DNA of 63,035 bases, counting the filler, from Methanobacteriota archaeon (lineage in GTDB: Archaea; JACRDV01): assembly GCA_024860865.1 (NCBI GenBank). It is 4 parts of 4 records of this genome, joined end to end, with 100 filler letters (N's around TTAATTAATTAA, not from the genome) between each part and the next. Parts side by side here need not be neighbours in the genome. Positions count along the whole stretch, not along the records: positions 1 to 26,393 come from JACRDV010000062.1; 3 more parts are not named here. One strand, 5' to 3'. Positions 9,119-17,279 of the stretch are shown here, one piece after another. Under the pieces are notes generated by a model. That model did not search any database and was not told the origin of the DNA. It saw nothing but the letters and a program-made list of their open reading frames with translations. Position 1 is the stretch's first letter. Every line of letters starts with the position of its first letter. Position numbers and translations under genes: made by a program.

Positions 9119-10606
9119 TTAGCTAATAGCTGTTGTCTTTACTTTTTCCAACTGAAAAGCACTTATGGGGTAGATATTTGAATAATGATATTTTTTTGCC
9201 CACTCCTGGGTTAAGCTCTCCTCCAATTTTTGAAAGGGATCCAACCCCATCTGTTTCCAAGTAGCCAGCATAGTCATGATTATCCCATAGATAGAGGTTC
9301 CCTTCTCATTCCTAAAAGTTCCAATTATCTTCCTCTGAACAACGTGCTCCCTGAGTGCCCTCTCTGCCCTGTTGTTAGTTGGCTCAACTCTTGGTTTAAT
9401 TACAAAGGTGAACCAGTAGTTAGCTCCGTTGCGAATCTTCTTAATTAGTTTTCTCACTTCTTCACTCTTATAAGATTTCTTTACTAAGTATTCCAACCTT
9501 CTCTTTGCACTCTTAGCCAATCTTTTCCTCTTCTCAGGAGGAGGCTTATTTTTAAGTGATTCCTTGAGATCATTGTAAAGCTTGTGCAGCGCTTTAGAAA
9601 GTTGCTTTGCTTCCTCAACATACTCTGCTAGGTAATCTGCTTCCCTCAGCAAGTGGGCCCAATCTCTCTGGATGTTTCGGGTGAATTTTGGATAAGATCT
9701 CCATCCGTCGCAAACTATAACCCCTTTGAAATCATTTCCCAAAATCTCCTCCAAAACTTTTCTGCCCCTGCTGTTTCTTATTGCGACTAATGTTTCAGAG
9801 TTTGTCACGAAACCCCAGAGCCAGTACTTCCTGCCATCAACCTTTCCACCAGTCTCATCGTTGTAAACTACTTCTGACTTTCGTATGCGTTGAACAACTT
9901 CATTGTAACTTGGCTTTAGCCAGTCGCTCACCCTTCTTGTTATATCGAATATAGTTGAGGGCGTGATGGAAAGACCATAAAACCACTTTAGCACATCCCT
10001 AATCTTGCAGTGAGGCAATCTTGCCTCGTACTTCAAAAGAGTAACATAAGCCTGCAAATTCTTGCCAAACCTTCCTTCAGGCGGGCAATCTGGATGCCTA
10101 GCAACAACATGTTTATTGCAGTTTGGGCAAATCCCGTGCCATTCCTGAAAATCTATCACCATAGGCATGGGCTTAGGGATTTCCTCCACTATGTTGTGCT
10201 TAACAGCTATTGGGTTTCCTAGCTTAGCTCCACAGCAAGGGGAAACATTCCACTCAGGCTCTTTTACAACATCAGGTTTTGGGATAGGTCTAGTGCTGCC
10301 AGGATGTCCTTTAGGCCTTCCCGGGAACCTTTTTCCATTTTTTGGACTTCCACCATTGCATTTTTTAGGATACTTTCGCTGGGAGGAAGGCACGTTTGAA
10401 TTTTCGTGAAGAGAAAGCCTGCGCTTCAGTTCTTTTATCTCAATTTTAAGTGCAACATTTTCCTCTTTCAGTGCGGCATTTTCCTCCTTCAGCGCTAGGT
10501 TCTCCTTTCTTAACAAGAGGTTCTCATTGGCTAGCTGGTCAAGCTTTTTTTCCAAATTTTTCAAAAATTCCAGAGAGTGAATTTTCAGCTCGGCTTTATT
10601 TTCCAT
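9119..10606 (-). CDS. tnpC: IS66-family transposase
   Basis: Leucine zipper, NSNVPSS, Zn finger, DETG, CDGW, WAHLLR, TNNRAERALR. Confidence 0.95.
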   Translation of the reverse strand: MENKAELKIHSLEFLKNLEKKLDQLANENLLLRKENLALKEENAALKEENVALKIEIKELKRRLSLHENSNVPSSQRKYPKKCNGGSPKNGKRFPGRPKGHPGSTRPIPKPDVVKEPEWNVSPCCGAKLGNPIAVKHNIVEEIPKPMPMVIDFQEWHGICPNCNKHVVARHPDCPPEGRFGKNLQAYVTLLKYEARLPHCKIRDVLKWFYGLSITPSTIFDITRRVSDWLKPSYNEVVQRIRKSEVVYNDETGGKVDGRKYWLWGFVTNSETLVAIRNSRGRKVLEEILGNDFKGVIVCDGWRSYPKFTRNIQRDWAHLLREADYLAEYVEEAKQLSKALHKLYNDLKESLKNKPPPEKRKRLAKSAKRRLEYLVKKSYKSEEVRKLIKKIRNGANYWFTFVIKPRVEPTNNRAERALREHVVQRKIIGTFRNEKGTSIYGIIMTMLATWKQMGLDPFQKLEESLTQEWAKKYHYSNIYPISAFQLEKVKTTAIS

Positions 10607-10618
10607 GCCTAAAAGAAT

Positions 10619-11957
10619 GACACTGTTCGGAATTACTGGGTTGTCTGACTTATAGCAGACGTACGTCAGCTCAATTACTATTTTTGAAATGGAATCTCTA
10701 ATTCTACTTTATGAAGACCTTTCAAATAGACCTTGGGCCAGGAGGCATTGAGGCATTTATTGCAGTACAGCCTGCAGAAATCAAATGCCCAAGGTGTGGC
10801 TCAACCCATGCAATAGTTCACGATTGTTACTTTCGAAAGGTTCGAGACGTAAATTTGGAGCAAAGCCAAACCATATGCCTCCTGGTGATTCTATATGAGT
10901 GTAAGGAATGTAAAAAAACTTTTGCTCCAAAAATAGATGGGATCGGACCTTACGCAAGGTACACAAATAGAGCAAAGAAATTGGCAAGAGATTCAGTTAT
11001 AAGGGACAACCTTTCAACCAGAAAAGCAGCTGAGAGATTTAAAGAAGACTTTAAATTAAAAACTTCAAACTCAACCATATATGAGTGGTCAAAGGAGAGC
11101 TACGATGAGAAAATCTTTCCATTCAGCTTTTCAGGAGTTCTATGCATAGATGAAGCGCACTCAAAAACAAATGGAAAAGAGGACAGGGTTTTAATTGCTG
11201 CAGATGGAGTTAAAGGAGATGCGATTTTATTTGAGCTGAAAGAAAATGCAAGAGAAGAGAGCATTGAAGAAGCGCTAAAAAAGCTGAAAGAAATGGGAAT
11301 TGAGCCATTTTTAATAGTCACTGATTTTCACTCAGCTTACCATGAAGCGATTGAAAATGTTTTTCCAAATGCTATCCACCAGCTCTGCCATTTCCATTTC
11401 ATGCAACTTATAAACAAGCACCTCTGGAAAGCGATAAAAAAATTCAGGGACAGGTTGAAGAAAGAAGATAGAAAAGAAATAAACAAGCATAGGTTCAAGA
11501 TCTTAAAAAACCAAGAAAATAGGGATAGTGAAGAAGAAAAAATTGTAGGAGATTTACTAAAAAAGCACAAAGGAACAATTCTAGAGAAAGGATTAGTGTT
11601 AAAAGAAAGAATTCAAGAAATTTTCAAAAGCAATAACAAAAAAGAAGCAGTGCAAAAAATAAAAGCAGTATTAAAGGAAAAGCATCCAAAGTCTCTTAGA
11701 AAAATAATCAAGCCAATAAAATATCATTGGAAAGAGCTAATTTCTTACATGGACTTTGAAAATGTTCCAAGGACAAACAATCCGGCTGAGATAGTGAAGA
11801 GAAAGTACAGGGCATTCGAAAGGGCAAGGTATGGATTCAAAAGCAAAGATGGAAAGCAAATGCTCATCAAAAATTTCCAACTTTCAATTTTGATACAAAA
11901 AACAAAAAAATGGTTAGAAGGTCTACCTACCTAAACCCAGTAATTCCGAACAGTCTC
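10619..11957 (+). mobile_element. ISL3-like insertion sequence nested in the IS66 element
   Basis: 24-bp IR GA(C/G)ACTGTTCGGAATTACTGGGTT; 8-bp duplication AAAAGAAT at 10611-10618 and 11958-11965. Confidence 0.95.
10711..11934 (+). CDS. ISL3-like DDE transposase
   Basis: CPRCG...CKEC Zn finger, CIDE, VTDFHSAY, CHFH, TNNPAE. Confidence 0.9.
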   Translation: MKTFQIDLGPGGIEAFIAVQPAEIKCPRCGSTHAIVHDCYFRKVRDVNLEQSQTICLLVILYECKECKKTFAPKIDGIGPYARYTNRAKKLARDSVIRDNLSTRKAAERFKEDFKLKTSNSTIYEWSKESYDEKIFPFSFSGVLCIDEAHSKTNGKEDRVLIAADGVKGDAILFELKENAREESIEEALKKLKEMGIEPFLIVTDFHSAYHEAIENVFPNAIHQLCHFHFMQLINKHLWKAIKKFRDRLKKEDRKEINKHRFKILKNQENRDSEEEKIVGDLLKKHKGTILEKGLVLKERIQEIFKSNNKKEAVQKIKAVLKEKHPKSLRKIIKPIKYHWKELISYMDFENVPRTNNPAEIVKRKYRAFERARYGFKSKDGKQMLIKNFQLSILIQKTKKWLEGLPT

Positions 11958-12113
11958 AAAAGAATTGTGCGTCAGACAAGCGTAAATTTTTTTATTTGAT
12001 TTTCCAAAGATTAATGGAACATTGCAGCAACGGTAATATAGTTAGAAAATTCTACTAAATCGAAACTAGCTAAATACATACAATTCAATTTTATCTTCTA
12101 CAAGCTTTAAATT

Positions 12114-12803
12114 TTAGGACTTGTAGGCTTTCCAAGTAAAAAATAATGTGAGTGCTAAAAAGATAGCGCATAACATTAATAAACTTAATAAAACAATTGC
12201 TGGCAAGAGAATACCTAGAGCGATAAAAATTCCTCCTGAACAAAAAAATATGCCAAAAGAAATACAAGCATACTTTGTATGTGGTTTCTCATAGGTGAAA
12301 TACATCCTAAACCAAAATACACCGAGTAATATAACAAAAATTCCTACGGTTCTTCCTCCACCAAATATCTCAGGGAAGATATCTCCAAAAAATAAAAGTA
12401 ACAAAAATAAAGTTATAGCGTATATAAGAAATACATATAAAAGTTTATAAAAATGTTTTTTAGTCGAATACCACCTAATCATTTCATTAGTTAATACATA
12501 CAAGCAAATGGAAAAAACTGTATATGAAGAAACTTCAAAAAATTTTGAAAGAGTTAGATAACCAAAATGATTAGAAATATCATAAGGCACTAAGAGTAAG
12601 AAAAAAAAAGACAAAATTATAAATGACCAAAACATACCAGATGTAAGCGATTTATCTAAAATACTGAGTAAAAATATTGCCAAAAAAACAAAAAGAAAAA
12701 GAAAACTTAAAGAGAATGGATATTCAAGAATAAATTCGAAAACATAGAAAATAATAATTCCAATGGTCATGAGTAATAATGGAATGAATTTAAATAACTT
12801 CAT
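12114..12803 (-). CDS. Multi-pass membrane protein (about 8 TM), candidate cognate immunity protein
   Basis: Starts 8 nt after the carrier stop; N-half homologous to 7961-8296. Confidence 0.75.
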   Translation of the reverse strand: MKLFKFIPLLLMTIGIIIFYVFEFILEYPFSLSFLFLFVFLAIFLLSILDKSLTSGMFWSFIILSFFFLLLVPYDISNHFGYLTLSKFFEVSSYTVFSICLYVLTNEMIRWYSTKKHFYKLLYVFLIYAITLFLLLLFFGDIFPEIFGGGRTVGIFVILLGVFWFRMYFTYEKPHTKYACISFGIFFCSGGIFIALGILLPAIVLLSLLMLCAIFLALTLFFTWKAYKS

Positions 12804-12811
12804 CTAAAATC

Positions 12812-15800
12812 CTAAATTCGTTCTACTTTACGTGTGCTTTCGTTGATCAATTTCGTAGCATTTCTAAATGCTTTGGATACGCCATAGAAAAGACCAGATC
12901 TTAATAGATATCTAGCTCCAGCAGAAAGTAAAGGAACTGATGCTATCTTAGCTGGACCTGGAGCAAAAGCAGCCACTGCTAAACCTATGGCAATAAGAGC
13001 AACACCGTAAATGGCGTCTTCTTTTGAGAAAGATTCAAGAGCTTTAACTCCGTTCTCTTGCTTCGGCAAGGCCTCATTTCCATGCGTAACTAGCTTTTTA
13101 GACTCAACAGAAGGCCCAATTGTTGTTTTTGTAATAGTGGTTTCTGCAGGTTTAGCTGTAGCCGATTTTGTATTAGCATAAGTACCTGTAGCTTTTGATT
13201 GTACTTGATAACCTCCTGCTGGGACACTTGCACTATATCTCCCAGCTGAATCTGTACTAACAGTATTAACCACTGCTTTTGTAACTGGGTTAATAAGATT
13301 CACAGTTGCTCCAACAATTCCTTTTCCCCTTGGATTAACAATTGTTCCTTGTATTGTTCCATTAACTACAACAGGTGGTTTAACTTTGATATTAATTGGG
13401 CCATATTGAGTATATGGAGAGGTAGCAGGGGCCGGCCACCAGCCATTGTAACGGACTAAAGACCAATAGTTCCCGTCAAACCATGCCCACTTATCCCCAC
13501 AGCACCACCAGAAAGAACTTGTTACATGGGCATATAACCTGACGTATACTGAAATGTTGTTATTGGGCATATAGAATTGCAGTTCATATGGAATTCTCCC
13601 CCACCAGCCAGGACTAGGACCGCATTGTCCTCTGGGTGGCCAGTATGGCTGAGCTCTCAAATCAGGGTCTTGAGTTAATGGAGTGTGAGGGCAATTCCAA
13701 GTTGGGTCCGGAGAGTTTAACAGGTAACCGCTTGCATTAACCAATGTATAATAGTAGTAATTTGAACCCCAAACTCCACCTTGCTCCCCTTTGATTTTAA
13801 CTAGTTCTCCTGGAGAAGCCTCAGTTTTATCCGGGTATGGGTAAACTATGTGGCCTGCAAATTGATGGGGCAATTCTTTTAGCTTTAAAACAAGGTCTGG
13901 CAGCTGTTTTTCAGCAGTTATTGGATCTCCTGAAATTGCAATTATTCCAGCCAATTTAATTCTCAAAGAAATCTCATAAATATCAACGTAATCAAAAATG
14001 TTTGTTTTGTTTGCTAGATATTTTGAATAGTTCTCCAGCTCATCTGCACTTGAAATTATTTTTGACCAGTTCTTTTCATCAACTGCTTTTATAGTTTTGT
14101 TTTTAAGCTCCTCAATGCGAGCTTGCTCCTCCTGAGTAGGAGTTAAAATAGGAAGCTCGAGCTCGTAGATGTTAATTCCCAATCTATTTTCTAAGGTTTT
14201 AAAAGCGCTGTCCACAAAAGCATCTTCGTAGCCTAGGCTTATGTTTTTCAGCTCTTTTAGAGTTGAAGTCATATTTGGTAGAGAAATTCTCCCTTGGTTT
14301 TGGATCAATTGCTGGATTGATTCAATTGTTTCATTCTGGGTTACATTATATTGCTGCATCAAAGTTATTGCTTCAGGTGGGAATCCATATTGCTGTATAT
14401 ATTCTAAAGTCGTGTTTAAAACATCCACTGGAATTGTAAAGTTAGAGACAGTTTTATTGAATTTATCCCAAGTTTCAATTAATTTTTGGTAAATTCCAAC
14501 TTGCTTGGCAGAATTTTCAGCTGCCAATTCAGATTGATTCAGCAGGATAGAAATTAACTCTGAAATTTTTGTAAAGTTCTTGTATTCAACTTCAAATGCA
14601 GCTGCAAAATCTACTGTTGCATTTGCAACTTTTTCAAAGTTGATTGTAAATTGGTTTGTTAAGTTTGTTATAGTTGTTATTTCTTCTGAGAATGTTTGAG
14701 TAGTTTCTTTCAAATTTTGAATTGTTTGGATATATGGTATGGTAATTGGAACAAGGGTTGAATAATTTGCCTTGGTTGATTTAGTTAGGCTAATATAATC
14801 AGAATTTGGATCATAAGTTTGGGATTTAATAACTCCAGTTAAAATAAATGGAACTTCTGTTCTGGCAGGCAATGAAGGAATTGTTAAGCTATCAGTTTGA
14901 GAGTTGTAGATTCCATTTCCTTGAAAGCTGACATTTATCAGTAGATCTGGGACTAAGTCAACAGCAGTTATATTTGTTAAATTAAAATCAGCTGAATTTT
15001 TGAAAGAAATGTTAAACAACAATGAATTGTCAATTGCAAATAAAATTCTGCTCGAATTATATGCTTGAGCAGTTTTGCTTGAAATCCATCCTTTTGCTGA
15101 GCAATTTTGCAAGTACAGCTCAACTGTTTTTGATATCCAATCCTCTTTCAATTCTAATGATGGAGCCTTTGAAATCGAATAGACCGCAACTTTGCTCCAG
15201 CCAGGTTCGAGCTTGCTAATATGAATTGACCCAGTTATGTTTGTAGCTGAATAGTTAGCCAGATTGACAGTTACATTATTTATTGCGTAGCTCTCTTTAT
15301 TTAAAATCCAAATTTCTCCAAAGGCTGAAAATTCAATCAATTTTCCAGTTTTATTGCATCTTGCAGCTGCCTTTTCAATAACTTTTATCTCAATGCTTGC
15401 AACAGCTAGTATTTCCTGGGCTGAAGCAAAGCCAATCTTAGGGAGCTCAAAAAATCTATGGATTGGAATTGCAGCTCCAAGCTGAGTTAATTTATTCTCA
15501 ACATAGTTAATTGCTTTAGTTAAAATCGAGATAACTAAGTTACCATAATATTTTAATTGGTTTGCAACCTCAATTGATAGCTTTCCCTCGCTCACTCTTG
15601 CATCCAAATAATCGTTTAACAAAGATGCTTCCGAAACAAACTTTTTGAGCTCAACATCTGCTTTTTTATAGTATTCATTCAGCTCATTTTTAGCCTCGCT
15701 TTCTTTGTTTGGATTTGCTGTTACCTCTGCTCCTAAAGCATTTGTATAACTCCACTCGTATTTTTCTAAAGCAAAGTATTTCCTCGCAAGCTCGAGTTGA

Positions 15801-17083
15801 GCGGCTGCTTGAGTTGAGCTGTTCTTTGAAATTGCAAGCTCAGCTTCTGAAATTTGGTTTTGAGCTCTTGTCTTGAGATAGTTTAAAAATTGAGTTAAGT
15901 TATTTTTATTTGGATTTATTCTCTGAAGAATTTGACTTTTTATTTGCGGGTCAATTGAAACTTGGTCCAAATAAGCCAGTTCAAGCTCATGGATTTTAAT
16001 TCCTGCTCTAACATAATCTGATAAATCTTTTAAAACTACAGATTGAACAAGTGCATTGAGTTCTAAATTTTCAGAAGTAGAGTAAGTTTTGTTCTGAACT
16101 AAAATTAGATAGAAATCATTTCCAACTATATCTCTTATTTTTAAGCCTGAAACTGCAGCGTCGCTATTATATGATATAGAAGAATTTAAGAAAAAATTTA
16201 AGTTTGTATTTAACGGCCATTTCAAGCCAGATGGCTTGATTTTTAGCTTAAAGATTAGCTCAGCTTTTGAGTTAGGAGCAACTGTTCCATTCCAAGTCAA
16301 TGTTTTAGTAACTGAATCATAAACAAAATTCTCTGGCTCAACTGAAATAAGCTGAGTTCCACCAACTGTGTAGTTTTGGTAATCATATAACACACTTGGC
16401 AAAGGAATTATTGCCTTAGCATTATTTAATTGAGTTGGAGAAGTGTTATTAAGGCAAATTTTAAACTCTAGAGTATTATTTGTATCAAACAAAATTTCTT
16501 TAGAGTTGAGCTCAATATTTTTCCAATCAAAAGAAATTTTAATGCTTGGGTCTTTTTTAATTGAATAGCTTGCAATTAAGTTTTGGCCCGGGATAATTTG
16601 ATCAATTTTTATTGATTCATTCTTTAAATCAGTTGAATTTAAATTTTTAAGCTGAGTTGTAATTCCATATTTTGCTGTAAAACTTTCTTTATTAATTGCG
16701 TACAAATTCCCAATTGCTGAGCTTTGAGTTAAAGCTGTAATAACAGTTTGATTAAAAGTTTCGGCTGAAAAAATTCCAGTTACATTTTCAAAAACTCTTG
16801 CTTCAACTTTAGTAGGCTTTGTTAAGATCACTTTATCCAGAGAAGAATCAATTAACTCAATAGAATTATTTGTTTTATAATCAATTTTTTCTACTACTAT
16901 TAAAACTGGAGCAGTTATGTTTGTGATTCTTAATCCAGAAATTAACTTAGTTTGATTGACCTGCGGAACTGGTGAAGTAAAAACTTGAGTTTGAGCAGAG
17001 GCAAGCTTAACACTAGGAAAGAAAGAACCCAAAAGCAAGCATGCTGCAAAAATGACGAATGCTTTTGATGCAATACTTTTCAA
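12812..17083 (-). CDS. 1423-aa secreted multidomain protein, candidate polymorphic toxin carrier
   Basis: Signal peptide, duplicated beta-rich module, helical regions, Trp/Cys-rich domain, carboxypeptidase-regulatory-like domain, variable hydrophobic tip. Confidence 0.8.
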   Translation of the reverse strand: MKSIASKAFVIFAACLLLGSFFPSVKLASAQTQVFTSPVPQVNQTKLISGLRITNITAPVLIVVEKIDYKTNNSIELIDSSLDKVILTKPTKVEARVFENVTGIFSAETFNQTVITALTQSSAIGNLYAINKESFTAKYGITTQLKNLNSTDLKNESIKIDQIIPGQNLIASYSIKKDPSIKISFDWKNIELNSKEILFDTNNTLEFKICLNNTSPTQLNNAKAIIPLPSVLYDYQNYTVGGTQLISVEPENFVYDSVTKTLTWNGTVAPNSKAELIFKLKIKPSGLKWPLNTNLNFFLNSSISYNSDAAVSGLKIRDIVGNDFYLILVQNKTYSTSENLELNALVQSVVLKDLSDYVRAGIKIHELELAYLDQVSIDPQIKSQILQRINPNKNNLTQFLNYLKTRAQNQISEAELAISKNSSTQAAAQLELARKYFALEKYEWSYTNALGAEVTANPNKESEAKNELNEYYKKADVELKKFVSEASLLNDYLDARVSEGKLSIEVANQLKYYGNLVISILTKAINYVENKLTQLGAAIPIHRFFELPKIGFASAQEILAVASIEIKVIEKAAARCNKTGKLIEFSAFGEIWILNKESYAINNVTVNLANYSATNITGSIHISKLEPGWSKVAVYSISKAPSLELKEDWISKTVELYLQNCSAKGWISSKTAQAYNSSRILFAIDNSLLFNISFKNSADFNLTNITAVDLVPDLLINVSFQGNGIYNSQTDSLTIPSLPARTEVPFILTGVIKSQTYDPNSDYISLTKSTKANYSTLVPITIPYIQTIQNLKETTQTFSEEITTITNLTNQFTINFEKVANATVDFAAAFEVEYKNFTKISELISILLNQSELAAENSAKQVGIYQKLIETWDKFNKTVSNFTIPVDVLNTTLEYIQQYGFPPEAITLMQQYNVTQNETIESIQQLIQNQGRISLPNMTSTLKELKNISLGYEDAFVDSAFKTLENRLGINIYELELPILTPTQEEQARIEELKNKTIKAVDEKNWSKIISSADELENYSKYLANKTNIFDYVDIYEISLRIKLAGIIAISGDPITAEKQLPDLVLKLKELPHQFAGHIVYPYPDKTEASPGELVKIKGEQGGVWGSNYYYYTLVNASGYLLNSPDPTWNCPHTPLTQDPDLRAQPYWPPRGQCGPSPGWWGRIPYELQFYMPNNNISVYVRLYAHVTSSFWWCCGDKWAWFDGNYWSLVRYNGWWPAPATSPYTQYGPINIKVKPPVVVNGTIQGTIVNPRGKGIVGATVNLINPVTKAVVNTVSTDSAGRYSASVPAGGYQVQSKATGTYANTKSATAKPAETTITKTTIGPSVESKKLVTHGNEALPKQENGVKALESFSKEDAIYGVALIAIGLAVAAFAPGPAKIASVPLLSAGARYLLRSGLFYGVSKAFRNATKLINESTRKVERI

Positions 17084-17279
17084 AATTTCACCATTTTCCA
17101 GACAGTTTTAAAAAAAATTTGGCACTTATTGTTAATTTTTAAATAGCGTGCAAAAAAAAAAGATAAATCTTTCGATTTGATTTTTATTCAAAAATAATAT
17201 TATAATTATTCCTAAATAAAAAACTAATTAAAGCGAGAAATGGTAGATAAAGAAGAAATAAAAATAATTGAAAACAAAC

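Larger units (their letters stand above)
9111..12081 (-). mobile_element. IS66-family insertion sequence (single-ORF type) containing a nested IS
   Basis: Terminal IR GTA(C/T)GTATTTAGCTA; 8-bp target duplication AATTCAAT at 9103-9110 and 12082-12089. Confidence 0.95.

Noticed and set aside
13040..13075. LPKQE as a sortase LPxTG signal
   Set aside because: No TG, and it is followed by two helices and repeated in orphan cassettes.
7489..13135. CRISPR array or diversity-generating retroelement as the source of the repeats
   Set aside because: Repeats are coding and irregularly spaced, there is no reverse transcriptase or cas gene, and the downstream tips are wholly different rather than point-mutated.
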